Of a stretch of DNA of 64,000 bases, positions 17,980-27,834 are shown piece by piece (the stretch's first letter is position 1; each line of letters begins with the position of its first letter). This stretch comes from Myxococcota bacterium (GTDB lineage Bacteria; Myxococcota_A; UBA9160; UBA4427): positions 3,008,001 to 3,072,000 of the forward strand of contig OZ252299.1 of NCBI GenBank assembly GCA_965250285.1, read 5' to 3'. Under the pieces are notes generated by a model. It searched no databases, was not told the DNA's origin, and saw nothing but the letters and a program-made list of their open reading frames with translations. The position numbers and the translations under genes are program-made.

Positions 17980-19194
17980 TCAGCCCTTGGGCGCGTTCTC
18001 GGCCAGCGCCTCTTCCCATGTGATGCCTTCGGCGAGTCGCCGGCGCATCGCGAGCAGCGGGCGCGGACGCTTGAAGCCGACTGCTCCGTGCAGCTCACCG
18101 CCGCTGCCGAACAGGCAGAGGCACCGCCCCTCCTCGAGCGAGCCATGGGTCACCACCATCTCGTCGCCCTCGTGCACCTCACCGGCGATGGCGATGCGCA
18201 GCTCGAACTGATCCGTCCACACGTAGGGCACCGGCGCGAAGGGCTCGGCCTCACCGCGCACGATGCGCTGGGCAAGGGTCGCCGACTGCTCGACGGCGTT
18301 CGTCCAGTGCTCCATCCGCCTCGGCTCGGGCAGCTTCGGGTTCGCCCAGCGCGAAGCGTCGCCGACGGCGAAGACGCCGTCGAGCGTCGTCGCGCCCGTC
18401 GCGTCACAGAGCACGCCGTTCGTGACGTCGAGCCCGGTGCCGTCGAGCCAGTCGGTGTTCGGCACGACGCCGATCCCGACGACCACGACGTCGCACTCGA
18501 TCTTCGAGCCATCGGCGAGCTCGACGCCCGTGACGCGGCCTTCCCCCGTGAAGCCGCTCACGCCGACGCCGCAGCGAAGGTCGACGCCATGCGAGCGGTG
18601 CACGCCGGCGACGTATTCGCCGAGCTCGGGGCCGAGCCCGCGAACGAGGGGCGTCGGCAGCGGCTCGACGACCGTCACGTCGTGGCCCCGCTCGCGACAC
18701 GTCGCGGCGACCTCCATGCCGATGAAGCCGGCACCGACGACCAGCACGCGGGCGCCGTCGACCAGATCGGCCTGGAGCGCCTTCGCGTCGGCGAGGCTTC
18801 GCAGCACGTGCACGCCGCCCAGCCCTTCGCCGAACGGCAGATGGCGCGCACGCGTGCCGGTGGCGATGATGAGGGCGTCGTAGTCGAGCGCATCGCCGCC
18901 TTCGAGCGTGATCCGCTTCGCGTCGGCGTCGAGCGCCGTGGCCCGCGTGCCGAGTCGCCATTCGACGCGCAGATCTTCGGTGCCGGCGCGCATGAGGGTG
19001 ATCTTCTCTTCGTCCCAGGCGCCGCGAAGAAACTGCTTCGAGAGCGGCGGCCGGTCATAGGGCGGGACCGCCTCGTCGCCGACGGCGACGATCTCGCCTG
19101 TGAAGCCTTCGCTGCGCAGCGCTTCGATCGTGCGGAGACCCGCGAGGCTCGCGCCGACCACGACGACGCGGGCCTTCTCGTTCAGGGGGGACAT
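17980..19194 (-). CDS. NAD(P)/FAD-dependent ferredoxin reductase-type oxidoreductase
   Basis: VVVGASLAG, PYDRPPLSK, GAGFIGMEVA, VFAVGD, EHWTNA, VPYVWTDQ. Confidence 0.93.
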   Translation of the reverse strand: MSPLNEKARVVVVGASLAGLRTIEALRSEGFTGEIVAVGDEAVPPYDRPPLSKQFLRGAWDEEKITLMRAGTEDLRVEWRLGTRATALDADAKRITLEGGDALDYDALIIATGTRARHLPFGEGLGGVHVLRSLADAKALQADLVDGARVLVVGAGFIGMEVAATCRERGHDVTVVEPLPTPLVRGLGPELGEYVAGVHRSHGVDLRCGVGVSGFTGEGRVTGVELADGSKIECDVVVVGIGVVPNTDWLDGTGLDVTNGVLCDATGATTLDGVFAVGDASRWANPKLPEPRRMEHWTNAVEQSATLAQRIVRGEAEPFAPVPYVWTDQFELRIAIAGEVHEGDEMVVTHGSLEEGRCLCLFGSGGELHGAVGFKRPRPLLAMRRRLAEGITWEEALAENAPKG

Positions 19195-19283
19195 TCGGGC
19201 ATTTCCTTTCTGACGCAGGCACTTCGACCTGCGCGTCGAGCAGGGCCGGACGCGCGAGCCGCGCAATCATAGGCCGTGGCATT

Positions 19284-19303
19284 TACCTTGCGCTTGCAAT
19301 GTA
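19284..19303. promoter_or_regulatory. Imperfect palindrome, candidate operator between the divergent reductase and P450 genes
   Basis: TACCTTGC-GCTT-GCAATGTA (7/8 arm match) in an AT-richer spacer. Confidence 0.4.
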
Positions 19304-19368
19304 TCTGAGTGATGGTCCGTCGCGATCGCGCGCGCCCGCCCGGGCACCGCCCCGCCCTCGGAGTGGAC

Positions 19369-20550
19369 ATGACCGTCGAGCTGAATCCGTACAGCTGGGA
19401 CTTCCACGAAGATCCGTTCTCGATCTACAAGCAGCTGCGCGACGAAGCGCCGGTCTATCGAAACGACACGCTCGGCTTCTGGGCGCTGACGCGTCACGCC
19501 GACGTACTCGACGCGTTTCGCAAGCCGATGCTGTTCTCGAACGCGCGGGGCGTCGCACTCGAGGCGATGAGCGAGGACGCGCATCACGTCATGTCGATGC
19601 TCGGCATGGATCCGCCGATGCACGGCAAGATCCGCGGCCTCGTGTCGAAGGTGTTCACGCCGCGCCGCGTACGCGATCTCGAGCCTTCGATTCGCGCGCG
19701 CACCGTCGAACTGATCGACGCCTTCGTCGAGCGCGGCGAGGTCGAGTTCATCGACGAGTTCGCAGGCATCCTGCCGATGGACGTGATCAGCGAGATCATC
19801 GGTGTGCCTCCGGCCGATCGGCAGCACATCCGCCGCCTGGCCGATCTGGTCGTGCATCGCGCAGAAGGCAAGCCCGACGTGCCGCCCGAGGGCGCGCGCG
19901 CTTCGGCCGAGATGCTCGAGTACTTTCGGCGCGACGTCGCCGAGCGTCGCGCCCAGGGCGCCGATGAGAACCTGGTCGACGGCCTGCTGCGCGCCGAGGT
20001 CGACGGCGAACGCCTCACCGATGGTCAGATCGTCGCCTTTCTCTTCTTGATGTCGGTGGCGGGCAACGAGACGACCACGAAGCTGCTCGGCAACGCGCTC
20101 GTGTGCCTGCAGCGAAACCCGAGCGAGCGCGAAAAGGTCGAGCGCGACCCGGGCGAGATCGTGAACTGGGTCGAAGAGACGCTGCGCTACGAAGCTTCTT
20201 CGCAGATCCTCTATCGCTCGATGAGCGAGGACGTCGAGCTGCAGGGGCAGCAGCTGAAGAAGCACGACCCCGTCGCCCTCGTCATTGGATCGGCGAATCG
20301 AGACGAACGCGTCTTCGAAGACGCCGACCGGTTCGACCTGTCGCGCAGCTTCAAGCAGAGCCTGGCCTTCGGTCAGGGAACGCACTTCTGCCTGGGCGCC
20401 TCGATGGCGCGGCTCGAGGGGCGCGTCGCGCTCGAAGAAGTGCAGAAGCGGCTTCGCGACTGGCACGTTGACGAGAGCGGGCTCGTACGGATCCACTCGG
20501 GCAACGTGCGCGGCTTTGCGCACGTGCCGCTGCGATTCACCCCGGCCTAG
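19369..20550 (+). CDS. Cytochrome P450
   Basis: MDPP.H..R, I-helix AGNETT, EETLR, SANRDE, heme motif FGQGTHFCLG. Confidence 0.97.
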   Translation: MTVELNPYSWDFHEDPFSIYKQLRDEAPVYRNDTLGFWALTRHADVLDAFRKPMLFSNARGVALEAMSEDAHHVMSMLGMDPPMHGKIRGLVSKVFTPRRVRDLEPSIRARTVELIDAFVERGEVEFIDEFAGILPMDVISEIIGVPPADRQHIRRLADLVVHRAEGKPDVPPEGARASAEMLEYFRRDVAERRAQGADENLVDGLLRAEVDGERLTDGQIVAFLFLMSVAGNETTTKLLGNALVCLQRNPSEREKVERDPGEIVNWVEETLRYEASSQILYRSMSEDVELQGQQLKKHDPVALVIGSANRDERVFEDADRFDLSRSFKQSLAFGQGTHFCLGASMARLEGRVALEEVQKRLRDWHVDESGLVRIHSGNVRGFAHVPLRFTPA

Positions 20551-20629
20551 GCGCTCGCGTCGGCCAGCCCACCCGCTACTCTCGCGGCCCGCGCGCAGCA
20601 CTGCGCTCGCCCTCGCACCCGGAGTCCCC

Positions 20630-21418
20630 ATGTCGTACGAGACCCTCCTCTTCGAGCAGAAGGACGGCGTCGTCCACCTGAAGCTGAACCGACCCAAGGC
20701 CGCCAACGCGCTGAACCTGCAGATGGGCAAGGACCTGATGCACGCGTCGATCGCGATCGACGAAGACCCTTCGGTGCGCGCGGTCGTGATCGGGGCCGAG
20801 GGCAAGATGTTCTGCGCGGGCGGCGACCTCGCCTACTTCGCCGAAGCGGGCGACGGCATCGGAGCCTTGCTGAAGGAGCTCACGACCTATCTGCACGCAG
20901 CGATCTCGCGCTTCGCCCGCATGCGGGCACCGGTGATCGCCGCGGTGAACGGCACCGCGGCCGGCGCCGGCTTCAGCATGATGTGCGCGACCGACCTCGC
21001 CATCGCCGCCGAGTCGGCCAAGTTCTCGATGGCGTACACGGGCGTCGGCCTGTCCCCCGACGGCTCGTCGAGCTACTACCTGCCGCGCCTGATCGGCACA
21101 CGACGTACGCTCGAGCTGATGATCACGAATCGACGCCTCACCGCGGCCGAGGCGCTCGACTGGGGCCTCGTCAACCAGGTGGTCGCCGACGACGCCGTCG
21201 AATCGACGGCGCTCGAGCTCGCGAGCCAGCTGGCCGCCGGACCGACGGCCTCGTACGACACGGTCAAGAAGCTCGTACTCGCTTCGGCGAGCGAGACCCT
21301 CGAGTCGCAGATGGAGCTCGAGACTCGGGGCATCGCCGGCGCGACCCATACCGCCGACGGCAAGGAGGGCATCCGCGCCTTCCTCGCCAAGGAGAAGCCG
21401 GCCTTCCAGGGTGAGTAG
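20630..21418 (+). CDS. Enoyl-CoA hydratase/isomerase family protein
   Basis: LNRP..ANAL, FCAGGDL, AVNGTAAGAG, GLSPDG, EGIRAFL. Confidence 0.93.
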   Translation: MSYETLLFEQKDGVVHLKLNRPKAANALNLQMGKDLMHASIAIDEDPSVRAVVIGAEGKMFCAGGDLAYFAEAGDGIGALLKELTTYLHAAISRFARMRAPVIAAVNGTAAGAGFSMMCATDLAIAAESAKFSMAYTGVGLSPDGSSSYYLPRLIGTRRTLELMITNRRLTAAEALDWGLVNQVVADDAVESTALELASQLAAGPTASYDTVKKLVLASASETLESQMELETRGIAGATHTADGKEGIRAFLAKEKPAFQGE

Positions 21419-21445
21419 GCCGAAGCGACTCGGCGGGGTCGCGTC

Positions 21446-22690
21446 TTGAGCGACGCAGCGCGCGAACCCGAGTCGCCCGCAAGCGCGGGCGGCGGCGTTC
21501 GCGCGACTTTTCGCGTGCCCGGATTCGCGGCGCTGTGGGGCTCGAATCTGATCCACTCGAGCGCCTGGTTCGCGCAGCTGCTCGTTCTGCAGTGGCTCGT
21601 CACGAGCCTCACCGAGTCACGCACGCTGCTCGGCCTGGTGGGCTTCGCCCAGGGCGTCGCGATGTTCGTGGTCGCGCCCGCTGCGGGCGTCGCCGCCGAC
21701 CGCTGGCCGGGCCGCGAGCTGCTGATCCTCACGCGCTTCGCGCTCGCCACTGCGGTGGGCGGGATCGCGTGGTTGATCGCGGCCGATCTGATCGCCGTCT
21801 GGCAGCTCGTCGCCGGCGCGGCCGTGTTCGGTGTCCTCGCCTCGCTCATGCAGCCCGCGAGTCAGACCCTCGTCTTCGACCTCGTGCCGCGCGCGCTCTC
21901 GGAGCGCGCGATTTCGCTCAACGCGGCGGCGAGCGGCGTCGCGCAGACCGTTGGTCCGCTGGTCGCAGGCGCCCTGCTCGCACGCTCGGGCTACCTCGGA
22001 TCGGAGCTGCGCATCGCCGCCGCCCTGCTCGTCGGCGCGACGCTGCTCTTCGCAATCCCGAGTGCACGGGTGCAGCACACGCCCTCGCACGCCCATTGGC
22101 TCGAGGATCTGAGAGAGGGGCTGCACTTCGCCGTGACGCATCCACCGGTGCGCTGGGTCCTGCTCGCGTGCTCGATGTCGTTCTTCAATGGCGGTTTGCA
22201 GTCGATGCGACCGGTCTTTGCACGACACGTCCTCGGCGTCGGGGCCGAAGGCTACGGGCTACTGGCCGGCGCAGCCGGCGCCGGCGGCATCCTCGCGGCC
22301 ATCGTCCTCGCGGCGCGCGTCCGGCTGCGCACGCCGGGGCTCTGGATCATCGGGACGATGTGGGCGTTCGCCGCGATCCTCGTGCTGTACTCGCTGGCTT
22401 TCTCGTTCAGCTACCTCATGGTGCTCGAGTTCGTCTCCGGCATCGTCGGACAGATCTGGATGGTGTCGACGTTCACCGGCGTGCAGATGGGCGTGCCCGA
22501 GCAGATGCGCGGGCGGATCATGTCGCTGGTGTTCATGTTGGTCATGGTCGCGCCCGTGGGGAATCTCGTCGTCGGTGCGCTGGCCGATGCGATCGGCGAC
22601 CGCCCGGCGCTCGCCGTCTTCGGCGCCGTCCCGTTCGTCTTGCTCGGTGTGTTGTGGACGTTCACCCGTGAAGACCTGCGCGCGCTGTGA
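21446..22690 (+). CDS. MFS transporter
   Basis: About 12 TM segments, GVAADRW, PEQMRGRIMS; TTG start uncertain. Confidence 0.88.
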   Translation: MSDAAREPESPASAGGGVRATFRVPGFAALWGSNLIHSSAWFAQLLVLQWLVTSLTESRTLLGLVGFAQGVAMFVVAPAAGVAADRWPGRELLILTRFALATAVGGIAWLIAADLIAVWQLVAGAAVFGVLASLMQPASQTLVFDLVPRALSERAISLNAAASGVAQTVGPLVAGALLARSGYLGSELRIAAALLVGATLLFAIPSARVQHTPSHAHWLEDLREGLHFAVTHPPVRWVLLACSMSFFNGGLQSMRPVFARHVLGVGAEGYGLLAGAAGAGGILAAIVLAARVRLRTPGLWIIGTMWAFAAILVLYSLAFSFSYLMVLEFVSGIVGQIWMVSTFTGVQMGVPEQMRGRIMSLVFMLVMVAPVGNLVVGALADAIGDRPALAVFGAVPFVLLGVLWTFTREDLRAL

Positions 22691-22794
22691 ACGCGCTCCT
22701 GAGCGGTGCAACCACACGCGACCCCGGGGCGCGCGCGGGCTAGAGTCGCGATCCCTTGACCGGCGTGCGCCCGGCCCGAAGAGAGGATCCCACG

Positions 22795-23670
22795 ATGAAG
22801 TTCTGGCAGTCCACCGCGTTCACCGACCCGACCGAGCTCCCCGCGATTGCGAAGGGCGCCGAAGAGGCCGGCTTCGACGGCATCCTGGTGAGCGAGCACC
22901 TCTTCGTCCCGGCCGAGTTCAAGGCGGCCTACCCGTACAACGAGTCGGGCGTGCCCGACTTCAACACCGAGACGCCCTTCCCCGATCCGTGGGTCGCCAT
23001 CACCGCCATGGCCGCGGTCACCGAGAAGGTGCGCTTCACGACGATGGTGAACATCACGCCCCTGCATCACCCGCTCGAGCTGGCGAAGACCGTCGGCAGC
23101 ACGGCGATCTTCTCGAACGACCGCGTGATCCTGGGGGCTGGCGCCGGCTGGATGCGCGAAGAGTTCGACGTGCTCGGCGTGCCCTTCGAGAAGCGCGGCA
23201 AGCGCTTCAACGAGATGTTCGAGGTGATGCGCAAGGTCTGGGGCGGCGGCGTGGTCGAGCACAAGGGCGAGTTCTTCGAGTTCGCTCCGCTCGCGCAATC
23301 GCCCGCCCCGAGCAAGCCCGTGCCGATCTACGTGGGCGGCGCGAGCAAGGCGGCCCTCAAGCGCGCGGCCACGCTCGGCGACGGCTGGCTCGGCGCCGGC
23401 AACATGCCCGAAGACGCGGCCGAGCTGCTGAAGCAGCTCCGCACCCTGCGCGAGGAGGCCGGCCGCGCCGACGAGCCCTTCGAGACCGTGGTGCCGCTGG
23501 CGGTGCCGCCCGATCCCCAGGTGCTCGGCGACCTCTCGAAGCTCGGCGCCGACGGGACGGTGAACTACCCGTTCCTCTACACGTGCGGCCCCGACGCGAG
23601 CCTGCAGCAGAAGCTCGACATGATGGGTCAGTACGGCGAGGGCGTGATCCAGAACATGAAGGATCTCTAG
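22795..23670 (+). CDS. LLM-class F420-dependent oxidoreductase
   Basis: AEEAGFD...SEHLF.P, PDPWVAI, GAGWMREEF, PIYVGG, GDGW. Confidence 0.92.
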   Translation: MKFWQSTAFTDPTELPAIAKGAEEAGFDGILVSEHLFVPAEFKAAYPYNESGVPDFNTETPFPDPWVAITAMAAVTEKVRFTTMVNITPLHHPLELAKTVGSTAIFSNDRVILGAGAGWMREEFDVLGVPFEKRGKRFNEMFEVMRKVWGGGVVEHKGEFFEFAPLAQSPAPSKPVPIYVGGASKAALKRAATLGDGWLGAGNMPEDAAELLKQLRTLREEAGRADEPFETVVPLAVPPDPQVLGDLSKLGADGTVNYPFLYTCGPDASLQQKLDMMGQYGEGVIQNMKDL

Positions 23671-23691
23671 CCCCCACCGCTGGGGCCCGAC

Positions 23692-26073
23692 CTACTCGAC
23701 GACGATCTCCTGCGAGATGCGATCGGTCACGCCTTCGGACGTCGTGATCGTCAGGAAGATCGTGTAGGTATCGGGGGCGGTGAACTCGATGCCCGAGGGA
23801 TTGGCAAGGTTCGACGTCGCGAGGCCGCCGAAGCTCCATGAGTAGTCGGTGATCGTCTCGTCGGCGTCGACCGTCGACGTATCGATGAAGTCGAGTGTCA
23901 CCGGCGCCGTGAACGGCCCATCCCCCTGCACGATCGAGAAGCCCGCCACCACGGGGTCGAGCACTTCGATGTCGGCCGACGTCGTCGCGGCCGAATCGGA
24001 TCGCGTGGCTTCGAGTTCGACGGTGTAGACCCCGCGCGCCCCGTACGTCACCGTCGGACTGAACTCGGACGAGCCCGTCGCCTCGGGCCGAGGCGTCGTG
24101 CCGTGGGAGCCGAAATCCCAGCGCCAGCTCGACTCGGAAAGACACACCGTATCGACTTCGATGCAGGTCGTGTTCGTGAGCTGGATCGGCTCACCGGCGC
24201 GGAACGGCCCGTCGCCCAGCTCGAAGGTCGGCACGATGTCGGAGCCGGGCGACACGAACCGCACGTTGTCGACGTAGACGATCGGGCTCGCGAGATCGTC
24301 GAAGTCGTTCGTCGTGCGGATCGTGAGGGTCAGCGGCGTATCGAGGTCATGGCCCGGGAACGCGTCGGCGATGTTCAAGCTGGCCGTGCGGCTCGGGGTG
24401 CCACGCACCATGCCGCCGTCGCGCGCGGGCTGGCTCGCCGACTCGCCCTCGTAGGGGCTGTCTGGATCGGCGAGCGAGCCGGCCACGTCGACCTCGGTGA
24501 CGCCATTGCTCACCGTCGCGATGACGGCGTCGAGCTTCGGCGAAGCCGGCGGCTCGGCGTAGAGGAAGGCGTAGTCGAACTGGAGCACGGTCTGCACCGG
24601 CGGCACCAGGAATGACTGCCTCAGGCCATTCTCGACGCTGCGCACGTCGGCCGAGCCGTCTGTGCCGAGCCCCTCGATCTGAGCCCACTGCGAACCATCG
24701 CTCGGCATCCCGAACTCGGCCCCGATCGAGTCACTCGGGCGCGCGAGGTGCTCGGCCGAAACGGTGGGCGCCGCGGGCCGCAGCGACTGCCAGGGCGCGC
24801 CGATCGGGTCACCGAGCGTCTGGGTTTCGAAGCTGGGATCGCCGATGTAGACGCGGACGAAGCCGTTGCGCGTGGTGTCCTCGGTGGTCCATTCGGTTTG
24901 CTCTGCATCCACCCAGCCCGTGACATCCAGCGACACGTCGTAGATGCCGGTCTCGGTGTACAAATAGGTCGGGTTCGGCGAACCGCACACGGGCAGATCG
25001 GGCGCGTCGTGATCATCCGGCGCGCCGTCGACATGCACGCAGCGCTGCCCGTCCCCGAAGCTCCAAACCCACTGATAGATCACGCCCGAGCTGCGATCTT
25101 CGAAGTTTGCGAGCAGCGGCCCCGATCCGTTGACCTCGTCGGTGTCGGGCACGGCACCGAGATCGGCGACGGGCGGGCCGAACGTCGTGTCGAACGACGA
25201 CGTCGAGCCGCCGGCTTTGTCGGTCGGTCCGGTTCCGGTCAAACCGGTGATCCGGATCTGCTGCTCACCGATGTCGGTGAACGTGTACTCGACCGACGCG
25301 ACCGAGCCGACCACCTGGCCATCGACCTGCCAGCTGAAGATCCGCATGGCACCCGAGTCGTCGACCGCGTTGAGCGTGGCGGTGAAGGGAACCGACGTGT
25401 CTGTCCCCACCTCCTCCGGGTCGGGCGTGATCACGATCTTGATCTCCCGGATCTCCATCGACTGCTCGCTGATGGTCGAGCCCGCAGCCGTCGAGGCCGT
25501 CAGCCGGATGGTGTACGTACCTGCGGCCTCGTACCGATGGGTCACGTCCTGAGTCGTATAGGTCGTGCCATCGCCGAAATCCCAGAGCCACTCGGTGGTG
25601 TCGTTGGTCGACCCGTCGGTACAGACGACCTCGAAGCCACCACTATCGAGATAGGCGAGGCCATCTTCGGGCGTGCACGAGAACGCCGCGGTGGGTGCAT
25701 CCCCGATCGTGACGAGACCGGCCTTCTCGACCGAGCTCGTTCCCTGCGGCCCCGTCACCCGCAGGCGCACCGTGTAGACCCCAGCCCCGGCGAAAGTCAC
25801 GAGCGGATTCTGCTCGGTGCTCACGCCGGCTGCGCCGAAATCCCACGACCACGCGGTCACGCCTCCACCCGAGGTGTCGGTGAACTGAATCGCGGTGCCC
25901 GGCGCGCCCTGCGTGGCGCTCTCGGAGAACCCCGCCACCGGCGGGCCGCCTTCCCCCGACTCATCGGTGGTGCAGGCCATCTGAGGCGTGGCCAGCGCAA
26001 CGAGGCACGCCGCCGCCACCATGTTGCGCAGCCAGGGCACGCAGGCCCCCCGTGTCATCCAACGCCCCATCAT
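23692..26073 (-). CDS. Multi-PKD-domain secreted protein, possibly a lipoprotein
   Basis: About six PKD-like repeats (WSWDFG, WLWDFGDG, WVWSFGDG, WRWDFG, YSWSFGG; GxYTVxL); signal region ending QMA-C; ATGA overlap with the upstream gene. Confidence 0.88.
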   Translation of the reverse strand: MMGRWMTRGACVPWLRNMVAAACLVALATPQMACTTDESGEGGPPVAGFSESATQGAPGTAIQFTDTSGGGVTAWSWDFGAAGVSTEQNPLVTFAGAGVYTVRLRVTGPQGTSSVEKAGLVTIGDAPTAAFSCTPEDGLAYLDSGGFEVVCTDGSTNDTTEWLWDFGDGTTYTTQDVTHRYEAAGTYTIRLTASTAAGSTISEQSMEIREIKIVITPDPEEVGTDTSVPFTATLNAVDDSGAMRIFSWQVDGQVVGSVASVEYTFTDIGEQQIRITGLTGTGPTDKAGGSTSSFDTTFGPPVADLGAVPDTDEVNGSGPLLANFEDRSSGVIYQWVWSFGDGQRCVHVDGAPDDHDAPDLPVCGSPNPTYLYTETGIYDVSLDVTGWVDAEQTEWTTEDTTRNGFVRVYIGDPSFETQTLGDPIGAPWQSLRPAAPTVSAEHLARPSDSIGAEFGMPSDGSQWAQIEGLGTDGSADVRSVENGLRQSFLVPPVQTVLQFDYAFLYAEPPASPKLDAVIATVSNGVTEVDVAGSLADPDSPYEGESASQPARDGGMVRGTPSRTASLNIADAFPGHDLDTPLTLTIRTTNDFDDLASPIVYVDNVRFVSPGSDIVPTFELGDGPFRAGEPIQLTNTTCIEVDTVCLSESSWRWDFGSHGTTPRPEATGSSEFSPTVTYGARGVYTVELEATRSDSAATTSADIEVLDPVVAGFSIVQGDGPFTAPVTLDFIDTSTVDADETITDYSWSFGGLATSNLANPSGIEFTAPDTYTIFLTITTSEGVTDRISQEIVVE

Positions 26074-26966
26074 TCGCGCTCCCGCTTCAGCTGAACCAGT
26101 GAGTCGGCACCCGGAAAGACGAACGACAGGCCGCCCCCGATCGACCAGACATTGCGCGTCGTGGCCGACAGCGGCGCGGAGAAATCGCTCCGCGTGCGGC
26201 CACCCGAGCCGCCGACGTGCGCGGCCACGTAGCGCTGCCGCGTGAAGAAGGGCAGCAGCCACTCGAGCTCGGCGCTGCCGCTGAGGGTGCGTTCGAAGGG
26301 GGCAGCCGAGTGATCCTCGAGCAGCCAGAGAAAGCCTGCCGTGAACTGGAGCTGCTCGGTCCAGTACCAGCCCGAGCTCGCGACGCCCGAATATTCGTTC
26401 ACGTCGTCGGTGAAGCCCGTCCCCTCGAAGCTCGCGTACGCGTAGTCGAACGACGTCTGCCAGTCGATCGGACCGAGACCCTGGTCAGGAATGTATGCGC
26501 CCAGGCCAAGAGAGACACCGTGGGTCACCTCGTCGTTCGCTCCATCGAGCGCCGGGTCGCCGTAGCGAAAGCGGTAGCCGAGGCGAAAGAAGCCAGCGTC
26601 GGGATCTCGCGTGAAGAGGTCGAAGCCCGCGCGCACGAGATAGCCGTAGCTGTCGTCCGCGGGGCTGACCGGCGTTGCGCCCTCGTCTGCGCCGCGCAGC
26701 TCACCCGATGCCAGCACGCGACCACCGAAGCGCTCCCCAATCGGAAAGGTCAGGCGGCCAGCGACGACCGGGCCGCCGATCTCGACCGACGGCAGATAGA
26801 CGGTCGAGCCGCCGGCGTCGAGCGTGGCCCCTGCGCGCTCGGCGTAGCCGTAGCCGCCGAAGAGGCTCGCGTTCACACCGTCGACGGCCGGCTTGCGGTC
26901 GATCTCCTGAGCGAGCGTCGGCCCGGCAAGCCAGAGAGAGCCGGCGGCCAGCAGCCCGGTGATCAT
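26070..26966 (-). CDS. Predicted outer-membrane beta-barrel protein
   Basis: Signal peptide ending TLA-Q; alternating aromatic/Gly beta-strand pattern (FFRLGYRFRY, WQTSFDYAY, WSIGGGLSFVF); start may be 27011. Confidence 0.7.
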   Translation of the reverse strand: MITGLLAAGSLWLAGPTLAQEIDRKPAVDGVNASLFGGYGYAERAGATLDAGGSTVYLPSVEIGGPVVAGRLTFPIGERFGGRVLASGELRGADEGATPVSPADDSYGYLVRAGFDLFTRDPDAGFFRLGYRFRYGDPALDGANDEVTHGVSLGLGAYIPDQGLGPIDWQTSFDYAYASFEGTGFTDDVNEYSGVASSGWYWTEQLQFTAGFLWLLEDHSAAPFERTLSGSAELEWLLPFFTRQRYVAAHVGGSGGRTRSDFSAPLSATTRNVWSIGGGLSFVFPGADSLVQLKRERE

Positions 26967-27271
26967 GCGATGGGTGGATGCGAGCAAGAGTCGTCCCTGA
27001 TCTGGCGGCACACGCGTGCGCGCCGCCGCGCACGTCGTCGCTGTGAGTGGCCGCGGTGAGGCCAATCGTTGCGCACGACCTTCGAACGCCTCGACCCCGC
27101 GCGCAGCGGATCGGAAGCATACCGGCAACATGCCCTCACGAGAATGCAGCCGTCGCTGCCGAAGGCCACCCACCCAAGCCTTCCGGCAGTCTTCGACCGC
27201 GCCCGGCCGCCGGGCCCGCGGGCCGGTCACCGAGCCGAGCCGCACCGACACGGCGCCGGCCCGGGCCCGCG

Positions 27272-27805
27272 TCAGCCGCGGTCGTCGGTGCCCCACCCCC
27301 TGGCGAACGGCACCATGAAGACGGGCTCGAGCTTCATGTGCGTGTGGAGCCACACCCCACGCTCGCGCCGATACCGGTCGTGCTCGACCCCCGACATCCA
27401 CATCGCGGTGCCGTCGGGCATCGTGCACGGGGCGAGGATGTCCCACGTGCCCGTGGCGGTGTCTCCATCGATTCGAATCTCGGGCTTCACGAAGTAGTGC
27501 CAGCTGAACTGCAGCGTCGGCGAGAGGAAGCGTGCCCGAATCGCGTCGTGCCCCTCGGCGACGCCCAGCGTCGCGCCGCCGTCCCACACCGCGTCGCTCG
27601 TGAACAGCGCGACGAGCGCGTCGGCGGCCTCGGCGATCTCGGCTTCGCTCTTCGGGCCCTTGCGCGTGTAGCGTCGGTCGGCGAGCGCGCCGTAGCGCGA
27701 CTTCAGGTTCTGGATCGCCTGGAACGCCTCGAGCTCGTCGACGCGCTGTCGCAGAGCCGCCACCTCGCGCGCGAGCGCCCCGACGTCATCGTGTTGTGTC
27801 GCCAT
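27272..27805 (-). CDS. NTF2/SnoaL-like protein (BaiE/LinA-like)
   Basis: AIQNLKSRY...D, LFTSDAVWD, SWHY..PEI.IDGD.ATG.W, DRY.R..G.W. Confidence 0.88.
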   Translation of the reverse strand: MATQHDDVGALAREVAALRQRVDELEAFQAIQNLKSRYGALADRRYTRKGPKSEAEIAEAADALVALFTSDAVWDGGATLGVAEGHDAIRARFLSPTLQFSWHYFVKPEIRIDGDTATGTWDILAPCTMPDGTAMWMSGVEHDRYRRERGVWLHTHMKLEPVFMVPFARGWGTDDRG

Positions 27806-27834
27806 CTCTCGATCTCCATCTCGCTAAGGCACGT

